Shown: in pieces, positions 9,791 through 18,009 of the stretch
Layout of the letters: the number at the start of each line of letters is the position of its first letter
Numbering within the stretch: position 1 is the first letter of the stretch
Assembly: GCA_015520605.1 (NCBI GenBank)
Contig: WAPT01000019.1
Coordinates: 1-39,156 of the forward strand
Source of the DNA: Nanobdellati archaeon
GTDB lineage: Archaea; EX4484-52; WAPT01
Reading direction: 5' to 3'
Length of the DNA stretch: 39,156 nucleotides
Made by a program: the position numbers and the translations under genes
Notes under the pieces: generated by a model
Databases searched by the model: none
The model's input: only the letters and a program-made list of their open reading frames with translations
Told to the model about the DNA's origin: nothing

Positions 9791-9995
9791 TTTTGTCGAA
9801 TTTTTCGACACAACTTCGACAGACATTCGACACAACTTCGACACAAACGTAATTTTTCGACACAACTTTTTTATAGAAATCAGCATGCATTAACCCACCA
9901 ACATTTTGACAACTAAATCTTTTTGTCGAATTTTTCGACACAACTCCGACAGACATTCGACACAACTTCGACACAAACGTAATTTTTCGACACAA
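9791..9995. repeat. Two 75-bp direct repeats (9791-9865, 9921-9995; one mismatch) made of phased TTCGACA boxes, separated by a 55-bp AT-rich spacer; iteron-like
   Basis: Each copy has an inverted box TGTCGAA followed by TTCGACA boxes (copy 1: 9804, 9815, 9826, 9837, 9856; spacing 11, 11, 11, 19). Copy 2 is offset by 130 bp and has T>C at 9946. Confidence 0.95.
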
Positions 9996-10052
9996 GAATG
10001 GTACGATTAACGAACATAAACTTACTAAAAACGGTGCTAGTATGTTTTAAAT

Positions 10053-11141
10053 TCATCGGGTGATCTCCACACTTTTAATGAACTCGTAGAGTTCCTTCGC
10101 CTTCCTGTTCTTCTCGAAGTGCTCTCGTATTGGTTTGATTAAGCCCTCCAAATAGCTTGCTACCGCCATCTTCAAGTCAAGAGGGTGAAGCTTGCCTTCT
10201 TTGTAATCCTTTTCCACCTCTTCGTATGACCCGTAGATACTGTCTCCGCCGTATTTTGGAGGTCTTTCAACCTTAAAATCGCTGAATGCTCTGAAAATTA
10301 TGTGCTTCACGTACTCGAGTACTGGATTATCTTCCACGACTCTCGCAGGACAGTAAGCCTTTTTAAGTTTCCTCACAATTTCTTCATAGCTGTCGTGAAC
10401 GAAGATGGCAGAATCCGGCTTACTCTTGCTCATTTTTGAAGATATTTCCTTGTCTATTTTTTCGTTCTTGTCAAACCCCTCGGTCTTTTTCGGGCCCTGC
10501 AGACCCATAAGCATGTGGTGGCTCACTATTACGGGCTTCCTCCATTTCAGTTTATCCGCGATCTCTCTCGCTAGCATGTTAACCTTTCTTTGATCAAGCC
10601 CAAGCTGGCAGATATCCACATCCAGCTGAAATATGTCGGCACACTGCATTGACGGATAGAACAGGAACGCGGTCGGGTTGCTGAGCTTTCCCACTCTCCC
10701 TGCTATTGTCAGGGCTCTTAAACCCCTCTGAATTGTGTGGTTCTTTGCTATCAGTATGACCTTCTTCCAGTACTCGGGATCATCGAAGAACTCTTTGTGC
10801 CAGATAACTTCAACCTTATTCATGTCAACTCCTGCAGCTTTCCACACCTCGACAAAATACTCACCACACTTCCTTATTTTTTCAAGATCCCCACATAGTT
10901 TGTTGTTTATCCATGCGAACGTATCAGCAAGTAAAAGTTTGAAATGCACGCCAGCTTTCATGAGATCTCTGAGTAGGAGGGGCCTAAACACCCCTACAGG
11001 CAAGTGCGCGAGCCCGCTCGGCTCAAATCCGTCGTATGCCGTAATTTTTTCTTTCGTCTCGACAAGTTCCCTCAGCTCAGCTTTGGTTACTATCTCTTCC
11101 CCCACCCCGGCTATCAACTCAAACCTCGTTTCGGCATCCAT
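10053..11141 (-). CDS. tyrS: Tyrosyl-tRNA synthetase (archaeal type)
   Basis: YDGFEPSG, HIGH variant HLPVG, YPSMQCADIF, GLDQRK, KMSKS, LHPLDLK. Confidence 0.97.
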   Translation of the reverse strand: MDAETRFELIAGVGEEIVTKAELRELVETKEKITAYDGFEPSGLAHLPVGVFRPLLLRDLMKAGVHFKLLLADTFAWINNKLCGDLEKIRKCGEYFVEVWKAAGVDMNKVEVIWHKEFFDDPEYWKKVILIAKNHTIQRGLRALTIAGRVGKLSNPTAFLFYPSMQCADIFQLDVDICQLGLDQRKVNMLAREIADKLKWRKPVIVSHHMLMGLQGPKKTEGFDKNEKIDKEISSKMSKSKPDSAIFVHDSYEEIVRKLKKAYCPARVVEDNPVLEYVKHIIFRAFSDFKVERPPKYGGDSIYGSYEEVEKDYKEGKLHPLDLKMAVASYLEGLIKPIREHFEKNRKAKELYEFIKSVEITR

Positions 11142-11181
11142 GAAGTAGGGTTAAGTAATTTTACCCTTTAAATTTATTTTC

Positions 11182-12201
11182 ATGATCGAGATAGATGGGA
11201 GTGTGGGGGAAGGTGGGGGCCAGATAGTGAGGGCAAGCGTAGCTTACTCCTGCTTCACAGGCAAGCCCGTAAGGATATTTAATATCCGCGCTAAAAGACA
11301 AAACCCAGGATTGAGAAGACAGCACGCAACGGCAATAAAGATTCTTGCAAAAATCTTCGACGCAAATGTAAAGGGCTGCGCTGTTGGTAGCAGAGAGGTC
11401 GTCTTTGAGCCATCCGGAAAAGTAAGAAGCGGAGCTTACACTTTTGATATTGGTACTGCAGGCTCCATAACTCTTGTTCTACAGGCCCTTACGTTCGCGC
11501 TGATGGGTCGCGACTCAAAGATAACTCTAACAATCAAGGGCGGCACAGATGTTCCCTTCTCTCCAGCGTTCGATTACTTCAACCACTGCTACCTCAAACT
11601 GCTATCAGTTTTTGGATACGATGCAAGCGCCGAGGTTGTGAGAAGAGGTTACTATCCAGCGGGAGGTGGCGTCGTGAAGTTCACGTTTAACGGACATGAA
11701 CCAAAGCCAATGGTGCTGGATGAATGTGAAGAAAATCCCACAAGCGTGAACATATTCGCATCCGCATCTGCTGCTTTAAAGGCGGCCAGAGTTTGTGAAA
11801 GGATGGTCGCTCGTGCAGCAAATCTGATACGTAGGGAGCTGAAAGGTATTGCGGTGAGCACGCACATACACTACTCTGATTCCCTGTCCCCAGGAGCAAC
11901 TCTTTGCATAGTTGGCGGTGCATTACCCTCAAAAATCATCGGTGCTGATGAACTGGGAAGAAAAGGAACACCTTCGGAGAAGGTCGCTGAACTATGCGTG
12001 GCCAAATTCCTTGAGGAGTACAGCTCTGGATGCGTGGATTCTCATCTTGCAGACCACCTCATTCCTTTCCTTGCGGTGTGTGGTGGTGTTATAAAAACAT
12101 CCAGAATAACCACACACACATCAACCATGATCTGGCTTGCTAAACGATTTCTTGATGTGCAATTTGAAGTGGACGAAGGAAAGGTTGTAGTCTTACAATA
12201 A
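11182..12201 (+). CDS. rtcA: RNA 3'-terminal phosphate cyclase
   Basis: IDGSVGEGGGQIVR, NIRAKR.NPGL, GTAGSITL, GGTDV, RGYYPAGGG, catalytic His in VDSHLAD. Confidence 0.95.
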   Translation: MIEIDGSVGEGGGQIVRASVAYSCFTGKPVRIFNIRAKRQNPGLRRQHATAIKILAKIFDANVKGCAVGSREVVFEPSGKVRSGAYTFDIGTAGSITLVLQALTFALMGRDSKITLTIKGGTDVPFSPAFDYFNHCYLKLLSVFGYDASAEVVRRGYYPAGGGVVKFTFNGHEPKPMVLDECEENPTSVNIFASASAALKAARVCERMVARAANLIRRELKGIAVSTHIHYSDSLSPGATLCIVGGALPSKIIGADELGRKGTPSEKVAELCVAKFLEEYSSGCVDSHLADHLIPFLAVCGGVIKTSRITTHTSTMIWLAKRFLDVQFEVDEGKVVVLQ

Positions 12202-12244
12202 CAAATAAAAACATTATTATATTCCCTCTTCCAAACATAGTAAC

Positions 12245-15200
12245 ATGTTAATAATGAAAAGAAAAAATTATTTACTCACTTTAATCTTCCCGATAACTTT
12301 GATAGTATTAATAATGTTGTTTTCTCATACATCTTTTAGTGACAAACCAAAAAACTCCGAACTTTTTGAACTACAACAAGCCATTAGGAATGACCCTAAA
12401 ATCCTCGGTATTAAAGATCTACCAGCTTTTATTCAGGAAATGAGGCATAGAGGCATAGAACTCTCCGAGAAAAATATAAATAGTGTCAAAGTTCCATTAA
12501 TTATATACTTCACAAAAAGAGCCAATCCTGCATTGATTAAGCGACTTTTGAGACTGGGTGTCAACATTACTTCCTTGTCGCCTTCTAAACGTGTGGCTGT
12601 GGTGAGGGCATCTCTAACAACCCTTCAAGTATTGGAAAAAATGCCCGGTATTGAAATTGTTGAGTTGCCAAGAGCTTACAGAATATCTAGCACCGAATCT
12701 GTGTCTCTTATCAGAGCAGATGAGGTATGGAATGTCAGGGCGGGAAATACAAACATTACCGGGAAAGGCGTTACTGTGTGTGTCATTGATACTGGTATTG
12801 ACTACACTTATCCCGAATTTGGAAATTGTTCTACACTTTATAAACCAGCTAACAAAAGCGTGAGCGTAATTAATTATTTTCTCAATATTACCGGTCCTGC
12901 AGCAGAGAACATAACGATATCCATACCCAACTTCACAGTATATTCTGTTCATATCCTCCGATACGCGGTTTACCCTGGAGATTATCTTCGATTTTACAAT
13001 ACCAATGGTACTCTGATTAAAACAATAGCTAATGGTAGTGCGGACTACGATGTGTGGACGAACCCCACAACCACCCATAATGTTACTGCGGAGATTAACT
13101 TTACGAATCCCAACTCCTTTCTAATCATAGATATGGTCGCAAACGGAACGATGGTTCCTGAGAGTCTCTCCGTATGCAAGAAGTTCGTAGGTGGTTATGA
13201 TTTTGTGAATAATGTCCCAATCCCGAAAGATGATGTTTATCACGGTACTGCGGTTGCGGCCATCATAGGGGCGAACTCATCAACGCTCAAGGGTGTTGCA
13301 CCGGGAGTGCGTTTTGCCATTCTAAAAGCATGCGATAAACACGGATTATGCTATGACGATACAATACTGAGTAGTATTTATTGGTGCATAAATAATACCA
13401 AAAAGTACAATATTTCAATTATCTCTATGAGTTTGGGCGACAACACAACCTATAACAATTCTTGTGATGATTATGAACCTATTCTTTCAGATGCGATTCA
13501 TATTGCAATTAAAAAAAACATAACCGTCGTAATTGCGAGCGGAAATGAAGGTGATCGGTACGGGATTTCCTCGCCTGCATGCATCTCCGGAGTAATTCCC
13601 GTTGGAGCAACAACCAATAACGACGCCATAGCTCATTTCTCTAACAGGGGTCCAGCTTTTGATTATTTTGTTCTGGCCCCGGGGGTTAATATCTACGTAC
13701 CAGAACTGTTGGGCATGTATGGTTATGTCAACGGTACTTCTTTTTCGGCACCGCACGTTAGTGGAGTGGTCGCCCTGATGCAACAGTTTTACAAAACGAT
13801 TTACGGCAGACTTCCACTTCCGTCTTTAATCGCTGAAAAGTTAGTTTCAACCGGGGTTAAGCTTTTTGATAACGCTACTGGCATCGAATACCCGAGGGTG
13901 GATGCGTATGCTGCCGTTCTCTCCCTCGATCCAACTCCCCCCAAGATCTCCATAATTTCTCCTCAAACTTCAAGACTTATCATCAACAAAACGTTTTTGA
14001 ATGTCACCGCTTCGGTTGTGGATAATTTTGCTTTGAAGAATGCGAGCGTACTTTTGAAGTATGATGAGGAGCAAAAATGGAATGCAGTTTTCAATGAAAC
14101 TTATGTTGGAAATGTGAGAAATGACACGATAACGGCGGACGTTAACTTCCCACAGGATGGGTTCTACACATTGAAATTCGAAGCTTGCGACTACGCGTCC
14201 TGCAACAGCTCTACAACCATATTCACGGTGGTCGATACAACACCACCTTCTCTCTCAATAAATCTAACAAACGGCACGACCTACAAAAGCTCTTCGTTAC
14301 CAGTGTATGTAAGATGCACAGACATCACACCCATTACCAACATGAAAATCTGCATAAACCAATCATGCGTTAATGTCACCTGTGCGAATGGCGGGGCAAG
14401 AATCCTTCTTCAGAATCTCACCGACGGGTGGCATTCGATCTATGTCAGAGCAAGGGATACTGCAGGAAACAACGGCATCAGCCCGACATATTTCATTAAA
14501 GTAATGGAAAATCCAAAGCTTGAATTGAAACTTCCCAAGAAAAACGGAACCCTTCTGAATCGGAGTTGGATGAACTTCAGCGTGGAGGTAAGGGATAACT
14601 CAAATCTCTCAGCGGTATGGATTGAGATAAATTCCACCATTCAGAATATAACTCTCATACAAAATCTTACACGCACGAACATACCTTACAATGTCTCTTT
14701 GGCTGATGGAGAAAACAACTTGACCATATGCGTGAACGACACGTATGGTCTCATCACATGCTCTGCGGTATTGATCGCGGTTGATACAACACCACCGATC
14801 CTCGTCGTCAACGGTTTTGATCGAGGAAATATAATGACCAGTGGGGCTCTCAAACTCAACGTTTCCGTTGAAGATACTCCCTTCAACAATTTTAGCTGTA
14901 ATCTGATACTGCAAAAGAACTATAATACACTGTGGCATCCGGTTATGAGTGGGAGCATACAACCTTCTCTGTCCAACAATGATGAAACTTTTACAAATCG
15001 ATCCATTATAAAAACACTTTCCGATGGTATGTATAAAATTAACATTAACTGCACCGACGAAGCTGGTTTGAAAACGACGTTCTCAAGGATATTTTACGTC
15101 GATACGAGGCCACCTTCATTCAGATTTCTGACTAGCCCCAATACAAACACGATCAGAGACATAATCTACACAAACGTTTCAATTCTTAACATCACATTCA

Positions 15201-16573
15201 CTTTCGGAGATGGAGGTACGGGAATAAAGAGCTTGATGATTGAAAATGTGAGCGCGAACACTACAACAACGCTATTAAATTTAACCAATAACGACTTCTG
15301 TAACCTTACTCAAAAAAACATCACAACAAGTATTATTTTTAACGGGAACTCTTCAGAACAAACGTTTAAAATAAAAGTTGAAGATTTTGCCAACCACACA
15401 CTTGAACGCACTTTAACCTTTTTTTACGACAGCTCTCCCCCACAAATAACGGAGTTTTATGTACCCGAAAAGGTTTACAGGGGCACAAAAATAAAAACCA
15501 TAGCTATTTGTAAAGCACGCGATAACGACGGGATTTATAAATTGGAAATATCGGGAGATACATCGTCTGTAGGAAAAAAAGTAGCGTACTGTTGCGCTTA
15601 TGATCTCTCTCTAAACGTCAGGTGCGTTAATAAAACATTCTATGTTTATGTATCTTCATTTTCTCCATCACCGAAGCCCGCATTTTTAAAATCGGCGCCA
15701 ACGGCAATCCAGAATATGACAGAGAGTACACAGGACAACAACACAATGAAGATCATCGAAAACGGCGGTATGCTCGTGGAGCTCTATGTAAGCAAAACAG
15801 GAAAAACAATTGTTGACATAACTCCTGAAGAGAGAATAAGAGCGAAAATCCCTCTTTCAAAAATAGCTCTCAGAACTTCGAGAGAAGCATGGATAGATAT
15901 AGCTCTTAAGCCTGTTGATCCACACACGCTTCCGAAGGATCTTGGGAATGAGTACGAGCCAATCCGGGCATTTGAGATTACCGTAAGCAACGCTTCCGCT
16001 GTGAATTATGTACAATTAGATATCGTGGTGGATGTGAATATAGCTGCCACTTACTCCTACAATCTTATGGCATTGGTCGTGGAGGAAGATGGCAGTTATT
16101 CTTTCCATCCCTTGAAGTTTGCTGGTGTTGAGGGAGGAAATGCGCACTTCCTGTTGAGGATGGAGCATTTTTCGACAGTCTACATTCTCGGGAAAAGACT
16201 TGTGGAGACAACTCGACAAGAAAGCAATTCCAGCTATTTAGGCAGGTGGAAACCTATGGGTAAACAGATCGGAGAGAACCAAACATATCATGCTGAAAAA
16301 GGAGCGAATAAACACAGGAGAAGTGGACTAATTGTTGGTATCTTTGCACTCGTTTTGGTCGCGTTCTGTGTCCTTATTCTCACAATCATTTATAGAAAAC
16401 ACTACAAAGAGAAGAAACAGAACTACGCTCTTTCACCCCAACTCATCAAAAAACTGGAACTCCTCCAGCTCAGGGTGAGAGAACTTGAAGGAAGAGCAGT
16501 GTCACAGGAAGAAAGGGAAAGACTAAGAGAGCTTTTGGCGGAGATCGAGACGCTCAGAAAGCGTGTCATGTAA
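12245..16573 (+). CDS. Large secreted/membrane-anchored S8 (subtilisin-family) serine protease with Ig-like repeats
   Basis: N-terminal hydrophobic signal; catalytic D (VIDTG), H (HGTAVA), oxyanion N (ASGNEG), S (GTSFSAP); repeated DxTPP-linked beta domains; many N-x-S/T sequons; HFS motif; C-terminal TM helix and charged tail. Confidence 0.92.
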   Translation: MLIMKRKNYLLTLIFPITLIVLIMLFSHTSFSDKPKNSELFELQQAIRNDPKILGIKDLPAFIQEMRHRGIELSEKNINSVKVPLIIYFTKRANPALIKRLLRLGVNITSLSPSKRVAVVRASLTTLQVLEKMPGIEIVELPRAYRISSTESVSLIRADEVWNVRAGNTNITGKGVTVCVIDTGIDYTYPEFGNCSTLYKPANKSVSVINYFLNITGPAAENITISIPNFTVYSVHILRYAVYPGDYLRFYNTNGTLIKTIANGSADYDVWTNPTTTHNVTAEINFTNPNSFLIIDMVANGTMVPESLSVCKKFVGGYDFVNNVPIPKDDVYHGTAVAAIIGANSSTLKGVAPGVRFAILKACDKHGLCYDDTILSSIYWCINNTKKYNISIISMSLGDNTTYNNSCDDYEPILSDAIHIAIKKNITVVIASGNEGDRYGISSPACISGVIPVGATTNNDAIAHFSNRGPAFDYFVLAPGVNIYVPELLGMYGYVNGTSFSAPHVSGVVALMQQFYKTIYGRLPLPSLIAEKLVSTGVKLFDNATGIEYPRVDAYAAVLSLDPTPPKISIISPQTSRLIINKTFLNVTASVVDNFALKNASVLLKYDEEQKWNAVFNETYVGNVRNDTITADVNFPQDGFYTLKFEACDYASCNSSTTIFTVVDTTPPSLSINLTNGTTYKSSSLPVYVRCTDITPITNMKICINQSCVNVTCANGGARILLQNLTDGWHSIYVRARDTAGNNGISPTYFIKVMENPKLELKLPKKNGTLLNRSWMNFSVEVRDNSNLSAVWIEINSTIQNITLIQNLTRTNIPYNVSLADGENNLTICVNDTYGLITCSAVLIAVDTTPPILVVNGFDRGNIMTSGALKLNVSVEDTPFNNFSCNLILQKNYNTLWHPVMSGSIQPSLSNNDETFTNRSIIKTLSDGMYKININCTDEAGLKTTFSRIFYVDTRPPSFRFLTSPNTNTIRDIIYTNVSILNITFTFGDGGTGIKSLMIENVSANTTTTLLNLTNNDFCNLTQKNITTSIIFNGNSSEQTFKIKVEDFANHTLERTLTFFYDSSPPQITEFYVPEKVYRGTKIKTIAICKARDNDGIYKLEISGDTSSVGKKVAYCCAYDLSLNVRCVNKTFYVYVSSFSPSPKPAFLKSAPTAIQNMTESTQDNNTMKIIENGGMLVELYVSKTGKTIVDITPEERIRAKIPLSKIALRTSREAWIDIALKPVDPHTLPKDLGNEYEPIRAFEITVSNASAVNYVQLDIVVDVNIAATYSYNLMALVVEEDGSYSFHPLKFAGVEGGNAHFLLRMEHFSTVYILGKRLVETTRQESNSSYLGRWKPMGKQIGENQTYHAEKGANKHRRSGLIVGIFALVLVAFCVLILTIIYRKHYKEKKQNYALSPQLIKKLELLQLRVRELEGRAVSQEERERLRELLAEIETLRKRVM

Positions 16574-17552
16574 GGTAATCAAGCAGTATCTCTCCCATTT
16601 CCTTTGTGGTCTGCGCCATCATGCTCAGACTCTCCACTATGTTGGTCATGAGCAGTGCCGTTTTCTGAGTGGTGGACAGCAGAGCTCTTCTTAACCTCTC
16701 CAGCTGGACATTGAGAAACGCAATACTCTCATCAACTATGCAGTTCGCGGCATCCCTCTCATTCAGAGATAAAGCTACGCGAACACTATCTACAAGTTTT
16801 CCGAGTTTGAGTAGAGCATCCTGCAGTACCATAACATTCCCGGCTGTAGTTCTTTCATCAAGCAACTTGATGGAGTGTCCGGCAACGCTCTCAACGCAGT
16901 CCCCCATGGTTTCGAGCTTCTGTAGAAGTGAATTGTAACCCACGACCTTCCTGAATTCTCTCAGAGTCGGAAAAGTCTCATAACCCATTAAATTTAGCTG
17001 CCGTCTTGCAAAGAGCACCAGCTTATCAATGTCATCGTCCATTTCCGTTACGGCGCTAAGAATTCTGGTGTCCCTGCTCGCTATCCCGTCCACTAGACTG
17101 CGTATCATTGCGGAAACAAGAGCACAACACTTCTCAGCTATGTCTTTTATGTCTATGAGCTCAGACGCACCCGCACCCACCACCGATATTTCCAAGAAAT
17201 TCTCACCCTCCGTTATGTTCACCCCGAATAGGATGGATTCGAGATCCTTTTTCATTCTCCTTCTTATATCCCACAGATCAAGACCAACAGCCTTTATTGT
17301 GTCGTACCCCTGCACATATTTTGCAACGATTTCCCTCACAAGCCAGCTTTCATTCTTCTGATAGATCACTTCGCATGATTTTTTGTGAGGTGGTATGTTT
17401 TTTCTCACTATCATATGTTCCCTTTCGGGAAGGTACTCGAGAATGAGGCAATCTCCCCGATTAATTCCATTTGCCCTGACCCAGTTCTTGGGCAACGATA
17501 CTATGAGCGTATTTTTCCCCGTTTTCTGAACCTTCCTTGTTTCTCGCTCCAT
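16566..17552 (-). CDS. phoU: AbrB-domain plus PhoU-domain phosphate uptake regulator (archaeal)
   Basis: ETRKVQKTG..TLIVSLPKNW (AbrB), REIVAKYVQGYD, EMDDDIDKL and LETMGD PhoU motifs; start set to ATG 17552. Confidence 0.88.
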   Translation of the reverse strand: MERETRKVQKTGKNTLIVSLPKNWVRANGINRGDCLILEYLPEREHMIVRKNIPPHKKSCEVIYQKNESWLVREIVAKYVQGYDTIKAVGLDLWDIRRRMKKDLESILFGVNITEGENFLEISVVGAGASELIDIKDIAEKCCALVSAMIRSLVDGIASRDTRILSAVTEMDDDIDKLVLFARRQLNLMGYETFPTLREFRKVVGYNSLLQKLETMGDCVESVAGHSIKLLDERTTAGNVMVLQDALLKLGKLVDSVRVALSLNERDAANCIVDESIAFLNVQLERLRRALLSTTQKTALLMTNIVESLSMMAQTTKEMGEILLDYLT

Positions 17553-17685
17553 CTTTTTATACCCATTCCACATTTTGTAAATAAATAGAGGTATATATCT
17601 AACAATACACAACTCAAAAAAGTTTAAAAAAGTATATGTTGAGACTCTCTATGTCCTTTTATTTCTTTTCAGTCGGTGGTAAAAT
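17553..17685. promoter_or_regulatory. AT-rich divergent promoter region between phoU and the ATP synthase operon
   Basis: TATA-like elements (GTATATAT near 17591; AAAAAGTTTAAAAAG 17617-17633); GGTGG Shine-Dalgarno-like motif before ATG 17686. Confidence 0.5.
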
Positions 17686-18003
17686 ATGCAGGACGTGCTT
17701 TTAAAGATCCGGGAGGCTGAGGAAAAAGCAAAGAAAATCGTGGAGGAGGCTGAAAAGAAAAAGGAAAAGATAATTTTGGACGCCAAAGAAGAGGCGGAAA
17801 CACTTTTAATCAAAAAACAGGAGGAATTAAAAGCTGAGAGGGATGAAATACTTAAGGAGTTTGAGAAGAAGCTCAAAAAGAAAAAGGAAAAGATAATAAA
17901 AAATGCAAGGAAAGAAGCAGAACTTCTCGAGAAAAAATACTTCAAGGTGAAGGAGAGGGCAATGAAAAAAGCGCTTCAAGCTTTCCTCGAGGCTTACGTG
18001 TGA
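17686..18003 (+). CDS. atpH: A/V-type ATP synthase subunit H (G-like peripheral stalk)
   Basis: Short E/K-rich helical protein (IREAEEKAKKIVEEA), first gene of the ATPase operon. Confidence 0.85.
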   Translation: MQDVLLKIREAEEKAKKIVEEAEKKKEKIILDAKEEAETLLIKKQEELKAERDEILKEFEKKLKKKKEKIIKNARKEAELLEKKYFKVKERAMKKALQAFLEAYV

Positions 18004-18009
18004 TGTTCT

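Noticed and set aside
9791-9995. CRISPR array interpretation of the repeats
   Set aside because: Only two 75-bp units, internally repetitive, with one spacer and no cas genes; does not fit CRISPR repeat/spacer geometry.
9651-9995. 114-aa minus-strand ORF across the repeat array
   Set aside because: Low-complexity translation of the repeats (VVSK/CRM), antisense to the wHTH gene, no clear start signal.
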